Assembly: GCA_022562795.1 (NCBI GenBank) | Contig: JADFOP010000006.1 | Location: 1 to 64,000 of the forward strand | Origin: Nitrospinota bacterium | GTDB taxonomy: Bacteria; JADFOP01 | DNA length: 64,000 bases | Direction: 5' to 3' | In this document: in pieces, positions 8,859 through 18,192 of the stretch | How the letters are laid out: every line of letters begins with the position of its first letter | How positions within the stretch are numbered: the stretch's first letter is position 1 | Position numbers and translations under genes: made by a program | Notes under the pieces: generated by a model | Seen by the model: the letters and a program-made list of their open reading frames with translations, nothing else | The model's database searches: none | What the model was told of the DNA's origin: nothing

Positions 8859-11537
8859 CTACTGAGGGGGCTTGACCACCGCAAGGACGTAGCTCTCAAG
8901 GGTCAGGTACTGGCGGGCAACCCGTTGAAGGTCCTCGGATGTGACGGAGAGAATTTTTTCGGGATAGGTGCCGACATCCTCGTAACCGATACCGTAGAGC
9001 TCCATTAGTGCCAAACTCTCGGCCTGAGATGCGTTGGTCTGGTGGCGGAGCTCGTACCTTCCGACAATGGAGCGTTTGGCGGCCTCCAGCTCCTCAGCCC
9101 CTACGGGCTCTTCCACCAGGCGCTTAAGCTCCCGGCGGATTCCAGCCACGGCCTCCTTCAGTTTCTCCGGGCTCGTGCCGAGGTAGACGGCAATAAAACC
9201 CGGGTCGAGATTAGCTCTGGCAAAGCCCGTCAGAGCATAAGCCAGGCTGCGTTTGTCTCGAAGCTCAACGAAGAGCCGGCCGGTTTGGCCCGAGAGAACC
9301 CCCTCCAGCACATCGAGCGGATATCGTTCAGGCGAGTCCAGGCGCACACCGGGAAACCCAAGGAACACATGGGCTTGGCGTTTGGGTCTCTCCAGGGTTG
9401 CATTCTTTATAGTGCTGAGGCGGGCTAGGCCAGGGAACTCTGGTGGGGTGGAACTATTGCCTCCAAGGCCCCCAAAAAGCCGCTTGACGACCCCGCGTAC
9501 GGCTCCCGCTTTCACATCACCTACCACTGCCAAGACGAGATGTTTTGGCGCAAGGCTACTATTGTAAAACTGTAGGATGTCGCCACGGGTGAGTGAGCCG
9601 ATGGAGGCCTCCGTCCCCAAAGTATCCATGGCGTAGGGATGGCCGTCGTAGAGGGTTCGGCTGAAGAGCATGAGGGATTCGTGGAATAGGTCGTCGCGCC
9701 GCTGGGCAATGGCCGCCAAGGTCTCGGCTTTTTTCTTCTTCACCTCCTCAGGGTCGAAGGCGGGGGTGAGCATAGCCTCGGCCACCAAGTCCAAGCCCCG
9801 CTCCCAGTCCACGCTTAAGAACTCTGCGGCGAGCCCAAAGCTGTTGCGCCCGCTGAAGCCCTCCATGCGCCCCGCCGTGGACTCCACGGCCGCCGCCATC
9901 TCGGCGGCGGTGTGGTGAGCTGAGCCGTGGGTCAACAAGAGAGAGGTCAGGCGGCTAACGCCGTTGGTCTCGGAGGTCTCGTAACGCAGCCCCCCCATAA
10001 TGGCCGCCCTGATAGCCACCGTCGGCACTGCGTGGTTTTCTTTTACGAGCAATGTGAGACCGTTTTCGAAAACCGTCTTATTGACAGCGGCCTTCCGGGC
10101 CTCGGTATCGGCTGCGGCCTCTTCCATCGCCTTCATGGTTAGGCTTTCCAGGCGTGCCTCATCCACGTCGCTGGACGTCTCGTTCGGGAGCAACAATGCG
10201 ACAGTACAATTTGCTGGTTTCAGATAGCTCCTGGCCACCCGCTTGATATCGGCTGGGACGAGGGCTTTAACCCGATCGACGTACCTCTGCGCCGCTTTGA
10301 CGTCGCCCATCAGGCTCTCGAAATAGCCGAGGCTTCGGGCCTGACCCCGCATGGTCTCCTGGTCATAGACGAACTCGCTGACCAGGTTGATTTTGGCTCT
10401 GTCAAGCTCCTCACCGGTCGGGCCTTCATGGGCCACTCGGAAAAGCTCAGTCATGATGGAACCGAGAGCCATCTCCGCCTTAGCCGGATCGAGCACCGCC
10501 GTTGCAACCAGCAGCCCGGGGTCGCGGGGGGTGAGGGCGTAGCTTGAGACCTCGTGAACGAGCTGCCGGTCTTCCTTCACACGACGGAAGAGACGTGAGC
10601 TCTCGCCCTGGCCGAGTATGAAGGCCAAGGCATCGAGGGCGTGTGTCGAGGGGTCGCTCGCCCCGGGGATGTGAAAGGCGACGGCAAGGCGGGCTTTGGC
10701 GGCAGAGTATTTAAAAACCACACCCCGAAATCTTTCCTGCGGCGGCTCAATGGGAAGATCTCTAATGGGAGGCTCTCCCACAGGCCACCCCTTGGAGCCG
10801 AAATGAAGCTTTACCAATGCGGTGACAGCCGACACGTCGATGTCGCCTACGATGACGAGAAAAATGTTTTGTGGTCTGTACCACCGTTGGTAGAATGCCA
10901 TCAGCTCAGGCCTGGTAAAGGTCTTGAAAGTCTCCTCGTAGCCAATCACCGGCCGCCGATAGGGGTGGACCATGAATGCTCTTTCGGAAAGGCGCCGATA
11001 GACCTCTCGGGCGGGCCGATCCCTCGCGCGCTTAAACTCCTCGAGGATGACCTGGCTCTCTTTGCGCAACTCCTCCCCATCGAGGGTAGAGCGCTGTATG
11101 GCATCGGCGAGCACTTCCAGCCCCTCCGGAAGGTCTCGGCTGGCCATCTCGAGATGGTAGACGGTGTGGTCGTACGACGTGAAGGCGTTTATCGTCCCCC
11201 CGCGGGACTCGACAGCCCGAGCGACCTCCCCTAGCCCCCGGCGCTCCGTACCCTTAAAGAGCATGTGCTCGAGCACGTGAGCCATTCCCGCTTGGGCGTC
11301 TAGCTCTTGAGCGCTGCCTACTCGCACCCACGCCTGGATAGCTACGACGGGAGCGGCGTGGTTTTCCCGGAGGATGACTCTCAAACCATTTGGCAGGCTA
11401 AAGGTATGTAAATCAGAGAAGAGGCTCGTCTTTTGGGGTGAGGCATGAACAATGGGGGCAGTCAGGAGGAGCCCGGCGAAGAGTGCAACCGCCCACCCCG
11501 CAGCAAGAGACGATATAGGAGCTTGGTGCTTTTTCAT
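8859..11537 (-). CDS. M16 family zinc peptidase (pitrilysin/PqqL-like, fused two-half form), secreted
   Basis: Signal peptide; GMAHVLEHMLFKGT (inverted HxxEH) and NAFTS; the second half lacks HxxEH, as is usual. Start moved to ATG 11537 (GGAG SD). Confidence 0.9.
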   Translation of the reverse strand: MKKHQAPISSLAAGWAVALFAGLLLTAPIVHASPQKTSLFSDLHTFSLPNGLRVILRENHAAPVVAIQAWVRVGSAQELDAQAGMAHVLEHMLFKGTERRGLGEVARAVESRGGTINAFTSYDHTVYHLEMASRDLPEGLEVLADAIQRSTLDGEELRKESQVILEEFKRARDRPAREVYRRLSERAFMVHPYRRPVIGYEETFKTFTRPELMAFYQRWYRPQNIFLVIVGDIDVSAVTALVKLHFGSKGWPVGEPPIRDLPIEPPQERFRGVVFKYSAAKARLAVAFHIPGASDPSTHALDALAFILGQGESSRLFRRVKEDRQLVHEVSSYALTPRDPGLLVATAVLDPAKAEMALGSIMTELFRVAHEGPTGEELDRAKINLVSEFVYDQETMRGQARSLGYFESLMGDVKAAQRYVDRVKALVPADIKRVARSYLKPANCTVALLLPNETSSDVDEARLESLTMKAMEEAAADTEARKAAVNKTVFENGLTLLVKENHAVPTVAIRAAIMGGLRYETSETNGVSRLTSLLLTHGSAHHTAAEMAAAVESTAGRMEGFSGRNSFGLAAEFLSVDWERGLDLVAEAMLTPAFDPEEVKKKKAETLAAIAQRRDDLFHESLMLFSRTLYDGHPYAMDTLGTEASIGSLTRGDILQFYNSSLAPKHLVLAVVGDVKAGAVRGVVKRLFGGLGGNSSTPPEFPGLARLSTIKNATLERPKRQAHVFLGFPGVRLDSPERYPLDVLEGVLSGQTGRLFVELRDKRSLAYALTGFARANLDPGFIAVYLGTSPEKLKEAVAGIRRELKRLVEEPVGAEELEAAKRSIVGRYELRHQTNASQAESLALMELYGIGYEDVGTYPEKILSVTSEDLQRVARQYLTLESYVLAVVKPPQ

Positions 11538-11578
11538 GGATCGTCTCCAGCAAGCCACAAGGTGTTGGTTTTCATTCT

Positions 11579-12951
<1,373 letters not shown>

Positions 12952-12955
<4 letters not shown>

Positions 12956-13581
12956 CGTTTCCTTTCAGAGACCTCGAGGGTAGATCTGCCCATTATTATG
13001 CCATATTGAGCTGGGGCCTCCACGAGTTTTTTCAGCGCATCGATCATCGATTGGTTGCTCCAGCTGCGGGCCCCCTCGGCCCGGCCGATCACGCGCCCTT
13101 GTCCGTCAATGAGGATCGAGGTAGGAACGACCCGTACGTTGTAACCCTCCGAGACCTCCCCCCATAGATCTAGGAGCACGGGGACCGACGGGGAGTACTC
13201 TTGGACGAAAGCCTCAATGGAAGGCTTTTGCGCGACATCGATAGCAACGGCGAGAACCGTAAAGGGCTCGGCATGCAATGCTCTCTGGAGCTTTCCCAGC
13301 TCCGCCACCTCAAAAGGCGCAGGGGGACTCCAGGTGGCCCAGAAATGGAGCAGGAGCAGGCGGCCCTTATAATCACCGAGGTCCGAAGTTTCTCCCTCTA
13401 TGGTGGAGAGGGCGAAGGGGGAAGCCTCTGTAGGCGGCATCACCGTCTCGAATCCCACCTCTTCGAGCAGTTTCCCTAGCGCTGACCCTTGCTCCTTGGC
13501 GTAGGCGGGAATCAAGGCGCAGAGGACAAGGACGAGAGCAAGGCAGGTCTTCAGGCGATGTCGGCCCTTTTGAGCTCCCAT
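12952..13581 (-). CDS. TlpA/ResA-like thioredoxin-fold protein lacking active-site cysteines (WSPPA)
   Basis: Signal peptide; LLLHFWATW-SPPA-PFE in place of FWATW-CxxC; YNVRVVPTSILID cis-Pro region; GARSW. Confidence 0.8.
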
Positions 13582-14333
13582 AGTCGCTCCTTCACAATAT
13601 AACCCCCAGCTAACGCTATGATCAGAAGGCTCACAACGTGCGCGGCCCTATATGGGCCCAACATCAGGCTGTCGGCCCGAAAAAAGCTTACGACATAGCG
13701 GCCCGTCGAGTATAGCACCAGGTAGAGAGAAAAGAGAAATCCGTCTTTGGCTGGCCGAAGCCGGAGGCGATACAAAAAAACAAATATCATTAGGTTCAAC
13801 ACCATCTCGTAGAGCATGGTTGGGTGGATGGGTATATGGGGAAACTCCTGACCCGCAATGCTATAGCCAGGAAAGATAACGCCCCACGGCATAGACGTCG
13901 GCACCCCGTGGGCATCGCCGTTCATGAAGTTGCCGAAGCGGCCGAAAGCCTGGCCCAAAATCAAGGTGGGGGCGGCTACGTCGCTCATGAGGAGAAATGG
14001 TAGGTTGTGGCGGCGGACAAACCACCACCCGGCAAGCACGCCCCCGGCAAGCCCCCCGTGGATGGCGAGCCCCCCGTGCCAGATGGCGGGGATTTCTTTC
14101 CAGTTCTGGCCGTAGAAATCCCAATTAAATGCCACGTAATAAGCTCGGGCCCCCAGTATCCCCGCAGCCACAGCAATGAGAACGAAATTTGCCACGTCGT
14201 CGTCGGTGATGGGAAGCCCTCGCCTCCTAACATCGCGCCTGACCAAGGCCAAGCCCACCAATATGGCGACGGCGTACATAAGGCCGTAGTAGCGAATGGT
14301 GAGGGGGCCGATCTGAATCAGAATCGGGTTCAT
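13551..14333 (-). CDS. lgt: Prolipoprotein diacylglyceryl transferase
   Basis: IGPLTIRYYGLM, GARAYYV, WHGGLAIHGG, GRFGNFMNG, HPTMLYE. Confidence 0.95.
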   Translation of the reverse strand: MNPILIQIGPLTIRYYGLMYAVAILVGLALVRRDVRRRGLPITDDDVANFVLIAVAAGILGARAYYVAFNWDFYGQNWKEIPAIWHGGLAIHGGLAGGVLAGWWFVRRHNLPFLLMSDVAAPTLILGQAFGRFGNFMNGDAHGVPTSMPWGVIFPGYSIAGQEFPHIPIHPTMLYEMVLNLMIFVFLYRLRLRPAKDGFLFSLYLVLYSTGRYVVSFFRADSLMLGPYRAAHVVSLLIIALAGGYIVKERLWELKRADIA

Positions 14334-14440
14334 TCTCACCTGATTCGGTGTCGGGCGTTCTTAAGACCTACAAAGAAGACGCCCCCAGGTGGGCGGCGTG
14401 GCGGAAGTCCTGCAAGTTTAATTGTTCGTTAGCCGGCTGT

Positions 14441-15241
14441 TTAGACTTTTAATGGGCTCTCGGAGCGAACCTCAAAAAGCATATCCATAATTTCATCACT
14501 GTCGAGAGCCGTTACGGCGCAGACGAGCAAGCCTCCTTCGTGCCACATCAAAACATTATAGCCCTTGTACGTGTCGATGAAAAGGGCTCTTCCTTTAAAC
14601 ATGCGCTTGCGGGATGAGGCAGGCATAGGGGCGTGGCTATCCATAGCAATAAGGGATACCCGCCCCCCTTTCCAGCTATACTGTATGGAGGCGGCCTCCT
14701 CCCCATCCATCTTCATAAACCGCCCTCCGAGCAGCCCCAACTTGATTCGAGCGACCAAAGAGGGAGGCAGAAGGAATGAGGTGTGCTCGTTCAACCAACT
14801 CCAGAGCGCTTGCCGGTCTGATGTCATCATATCCGTTTTAGCAGTCGAAGAGAGCGATCGGCGATGGTCCGCCAGAATCAAGGCGTACATGGGCTCTTGA
14901 GCTTTAAAGAGACCGCCCGACCAGAGAATGACCCCTGCGACGAGGGCCGCTGCAGCCAGGCCAGCCGCAATGAGCCCATGGGGCCGGCCGCGTAGAAGCA
15001 GTGAAATGGGGGATCGTTCTTCCTGCCTGATTCCTTGGACGACCCGTTCTCTAAGTTGTAAGGAGACCTGAGGCCTGGGGGCCTCGCGAAGGGCCCGTTT
15101 GAGCTCCTCGAGCTCCTCCAATTGGGCCGAGCATGTGTGGCACGACTCCACGTGACGCTGCACGGCCGCAGCCTCTGAAGAGGAGAGCTCGTTATCGACA
15201 TAGGCGTCCAGGAGGTCTTGGACGTCGCTGCATTCCTTCAT
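14441..15241 (-). CDS. Zinc-binding transmembrane anti-sigma factor (zf-HC2/ZAS)
   Basis: N-terminal C...LDAYVDNEL...HVESCHTC (HxxxCxxC), one TM helix, extracytoplasmic domain. Confidence 0.85.
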   Translation of the reverse strand: MKECSDVQDLLDAYVDNELSSSEAAAVQRHVESCHTCSAQLEELEELKRALREAPRPQVSLQLRERVVQGIRQEERSPISLLLRGRPHGLIAAGLAAAALVAGVILWSGGLFKAQEPMYALILADHRRSLSSTAKTDMMTSDRQALWSWLNEHTSFLLPPSLVARIKLGLLGGRFMKMDGEEAASIQYSWKGGRVSLIAMDSHAPMPASSRKRMFKGRALFIDTYKGYNVLMWHEGGLLVCAVTALDSDEIMDMLFEVRSESPLKV

Positions 15242-15385
15242 TTCTCACATTCTCCGACCAGGCATAAAATGTCTATAATAATAACAGTCTTATTGCAAAC
15301 CTATTCCCCGCGAATGCTCGAAACGGTTTTCCTTGGTGAGGAATTGACTGCAGGCAAGGATAGGGGGTATTCAATTACTTTCTGA

Positions 15386-16168
15386 TTACTTGTCTTCAGA
15401 TGAAATTAGGCTCTCAATTTCTGCTCTAAAACGAGAATAGGGATAAGCTCCCCGGATCACCTTATGGACCTTGATCGTCGGCTTGTTCGGCTCGGTCAGG
15501 CCGATGAAGAAGGTGGGGGTCCCTTTGACTCCGGCTTTCCCTCCGTCCGCGATATCCTTGCGGATCTCCGCCGTGTATTTTCCGTTAGCGAGACAGGGCT
15601 GAAATTTGCTGATATCCAACCCAAGGGCCTCGGCATGGCCCGATAAATCCTCCGGTCCCAGGGCCCTTTGGTTGGCAAAGAGCCGGGCGTGCATCTCCCA
15701 ATATTTGCCTTGCTCGGCGGAGCAGTTGGCGGCCTCGGCCGCTTTGAAGGCATTGGGGTGAAGTTGCTTAATCGGAAAATCCCGGAAAACGTACTTGACC
15801 TTGCCCGTCTCGATGTACTCCTTCTCGATCTTGGGCAACGTCTCACGGACGTGCCGGGCGCAAAACGGTCATTGGTAGTCTGAGAAATCGATGATGGTCA
15901 CCTCCGCGTTTTTTTCGCCCAGGAAGGGATCATCATCGACGCTGACGACGACGTTTTCCGGCTCTGGGGGTGGGATCGCCCCGACTCGTTGCAGGGCGGC
16001 TTTAATCTCCTTTAGCTCCTTCTCCGCCGTCTCCTGGCCTTTCTTAAGAGCCTCGACCTCTTTTTTAAGGGCCTCGATCTCACCACGGGGCTGTTCACAT
16101 CCGGATAGAGGAATAAGGAGGACCAGAAGACTCAGCCCAAGCACGACGGTGAGCAATCTATTCATCAT
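15386..16168 (-). CDS. DsbA-family (Thioredoxin_4-like) lipoprotein oxidoreductase, predicted selenoprotein (UxxC; Sec at TGA 15869-15871)
   Basis: Track ORFs 15869..16204 and 15386..15838 are in one frame, separated only by TGA: IIDFSDYQ-TGA-PFCARHVRETLPKIEKEY. Lipobox LSG-C; GTPTFFIG cis-Pro motif; SECIS-like hairpin downstream. 260 aa from ATG 16168. Confidence 0.88.
15834..15855 (-). promoter_or_regulatory. Putative bacterial SECIS hairpin
   Basis: GGC-ACGUC [CGUGA] GACGU-(U)-GCC: 8-bp stem with a bulged U. The loop starts 21 nt after the UGA and has G at its second position. Confidence 0.65.
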
Positions 16169-16236
16169 GCCCTTTATAATATTATCTAAAGTCAGGCAGG
16201 GCAAGCCCTAAGGGGCTAGCTTTCCCTTACAGGAAC

Positions 16237-16263
16237 GAGGGACAGCCTTTATGGCTGTCCCTC
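16237..16263. terminator. Perfect 11-bp hairpin downstream of recO (terminator-like, no clear U tract)
   Basis: GAGGGACAGCC-TTTAT-GGCTGTCCCTC. Confidence 0.45.
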
Positions 16264-16429
16264 ATGTTTAAGATGGTTTGTCCCTATCCGTGCACAGTCC
16301 CTGTAAAGACGGGGTTCGGCCCTATCAGGGCGGTCGTGACTTATGGATCTGGAAGGAGCGGCGTTTTCGTTGCCGGCACGCAGAGCTCCTTTGGCCTCTT
16401 AGTGTCCAATTGCAGGGGCCAAATAGGAA

Positions 16430-17173
16430 CTACGTTTCCACGAGGAGGGCGGCCGATTTTAGCCGGCGATCGAGATGCTGGTTGAGGTGCGCCTCCACCA
16501 CACGGTCGATCTCGGCCTTCAAGGGGGCCGTGAGCTTCAGGCGCCTAAGCTGCTGCCACGATAGCTCCCCTAGGAGCCGAAGATGTCGTATCGCCCCATG
16601 GCTTAGGGAGAGACCATCCCGCTCAGGCGCCCGGCATGCCTCGCAGAGGCACCCCCCAAGGCCAGGGTTGAAGGCTGCCAGGTCATTCTCCCCTCGGCAG
16701 ACCACGCAAGCGTTTAGAGACGGGCCATAGCCGAGGGCCGCGAGAAAACGCCAGGTGCAACCCAAGCGGACCAGGTCGCCGTCGCCTCCCTCGTCCATCG
16801 CCCGAAGCGCCCCGGCCAGCTGCTCAAAACAAGCCGGCACGGGAGAGCCCTCCTTGAGCATCGTATCGGCGAGCTCCGCCAGGTAGAGGCCGCGGATTAG
16901 CAGGTCGTAATCGCTCCTAAGATTTCCGAAAGGCTCCAGCAGCTCGCACTGGTTGAGACGCGCCAATGAGGAGCGCTGGGGCTGGATGAAATAAATCATC
17001 TCTACTATGGATAAGGACTCCAGAGTCCCGGCGAGGCGGCTTTTGGGCCGGCGGGCCCCCTTTGCGACTGCCTTGACCTTGCCACGGCCCAGAGTGAGGA
17101 AGGTGATTATCTTATCCGCGCCCGAAAGGTCTTGGTGCCTGAGCACTATAGCTTTTTCGCGATAGACCGGCAT
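16430..17173 (-). CDS. recO: DNA repair protein RecO
   Basis: AIVLR...GKVKAVAKGARRPKSRL; Zn-finger CVVC...CEAC; follows era. Confidence 0.93.
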   Translation of the reverse strand: MPVYREKAIVLRHQDLSGADKIITFLTLGRGKVKAVAKGARRPKSRLAGTLESLSIVEMIYFIQPQRSSLARLNQCELLEPFGNLRSDYDLLIRGLYLAELADTMLKEGSPVPACFEQLAGALRAMDEGGDGDLVRLGCTWRFLAALGYGPSLNACVVCRGENDLAAFNPGLGGCLCEACRAPERDGLSLSHGAIRHLRLLGELSWQQLRRLKLTAPLKAEIDRVVEAHLNQHLDRRLKSAALLVET

Positions 17174-17186
17174 AGGGATTGTCGCC

Positions 17187-18140
17187 TTAGCTATATCCCA
17201 GGCGGCGGAGCGCTGAAGAGTCTCTGCTCCAGTTCTTCCGCACCTTGACCAATAGCTTCAAATAGAGCTTGGCTCCGAAAAGCGCCTCAAGGTCTTCCCG
17301 TGCCGAGCTGCCGACCCGCTTTAGCATCGACCCGCCCTTGCCGATGACGATGCCCTTCTGGCTATCCCGCTCGACGTAAATGATGGCCTCCACCTTGAGG
17401 AGGTTTCGCTCCTCCTCCCATTCCATCTCATCAACCACCACCGCCGTCGCATATGGGATCTCCTGATGGGTCAAGTTTGTGATCTTCTCTCGGATGAACT
17501 CTGCGATGATGAAGGGCTCCGGCTGATCGGTAACCATGTCCAGAGGAAAATATTGTGGGCCCTCGTCCAGGTGGCTAGGCAGCGCCGCCAGGAGCGGCCC
17601 GACCCCCTCGCCCGTAAGGGCGCTGATGGGAACAATGTCCACAAAGGGATGGTGCTCTTTAATTTGGTCGATGAGCTCGAGGAGCGTTTCCTTCCTGGCC
17701 AGCAGGTCAATCTTGTTGAGGACGGCGACTACGGGAGTTTCGACCTCTTCCAAAAGGTTGAGAATCCGCTCGTCATCCGGGGCAAGGGGGGCTGAGGCGT
17801 CGATGACCCATAGGATCGCGTCCACCTCCTTGAGGGTCCCCGTGGCGACCCGGACCATATACTCGTTGAGGAGCTTCGGGGGATCGTGGATTCCCGGGGT
17901 GTCGATGAATACAACTTGGGCCTCCGGCAGGTGGGCCACCCCTGTGATTCGGTTTCGGGTCGTCTGGGGCTTGTCGGAAATAATGGCGATCTTTTTCTCG
18001 CAGAAGCGGTTGAGCAGGAGAGACTTGCCCACATTGGGCCGCCCGATTATGGCGACAAAGCCCGACCGGAAACCGGGTTCGGCTTTCAATGTCGGCTCGA
18101 CCACGCTGGCTCCTAACGGCTCGGAGACTACGCTCCTCAT
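17187..18140 (-). CDS. era: GTPase Era
   Basis: GFVAIIGRPNVGKS, KPQTTRNRI, DTPG, NKID, and the KH domain (SQKGIVIGKGG). Confidence 0.96.
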   Translation of the reverse strand: MRSVVSEPLGASVVEPTLKAEPGFRSGFVAIIGRPNVGKSLLLNRFCEKKIAIISDKPQTTRNRITGVAHLPEAQVVFIDTPGIHDPPKLLNEYMVRVATGTLKEVDAILWVIDASAPLAPDDERILNLLEEVETPVVAVLNKIDLLARKETLLELIDQIKEHHPFVDIVPISALTGEGVGPLLAALPSHLDEGPQYFPLDMVTDQPEPFIIAEFIREKITNLTHQEIPYATAVVVDEMEWEEERNLLKVEAIIYVERDSQKGIVIGKGGSMLKRVGSSAREDLEALFGAKLYLKLLVKVRKNWSRDSSALRRLGYS

Positions 18141-18192
18141 GGGAGCGAGCGACCGTACCAGAGGTCCAAACTCCCTGTCAACCCAACCCGCC

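Noticed and set aside
13309-13332. A second selenoprotein in the TlpA-like gene
   Set aside because: There is no in-frame TGA. The two Cys positions are AGT (Ser) and GCG (Ala).
15386-16204. Two separate ORFs, or a nonsense-mutated dsbA pseudogene
   Set aside because: The single TGA sits exactly at the catalytic Cys column, the frame is otherwise intact and a SECIS-like hairpin follows. Selenocysteine explains this better.
16245-16290. GEMM-like GGACAAACCAT...GGGAC on the minus strand upstream of dsbA
   Set aside because: No GNRA-capped P2 stem and no GCAAA-P3 arrangement.
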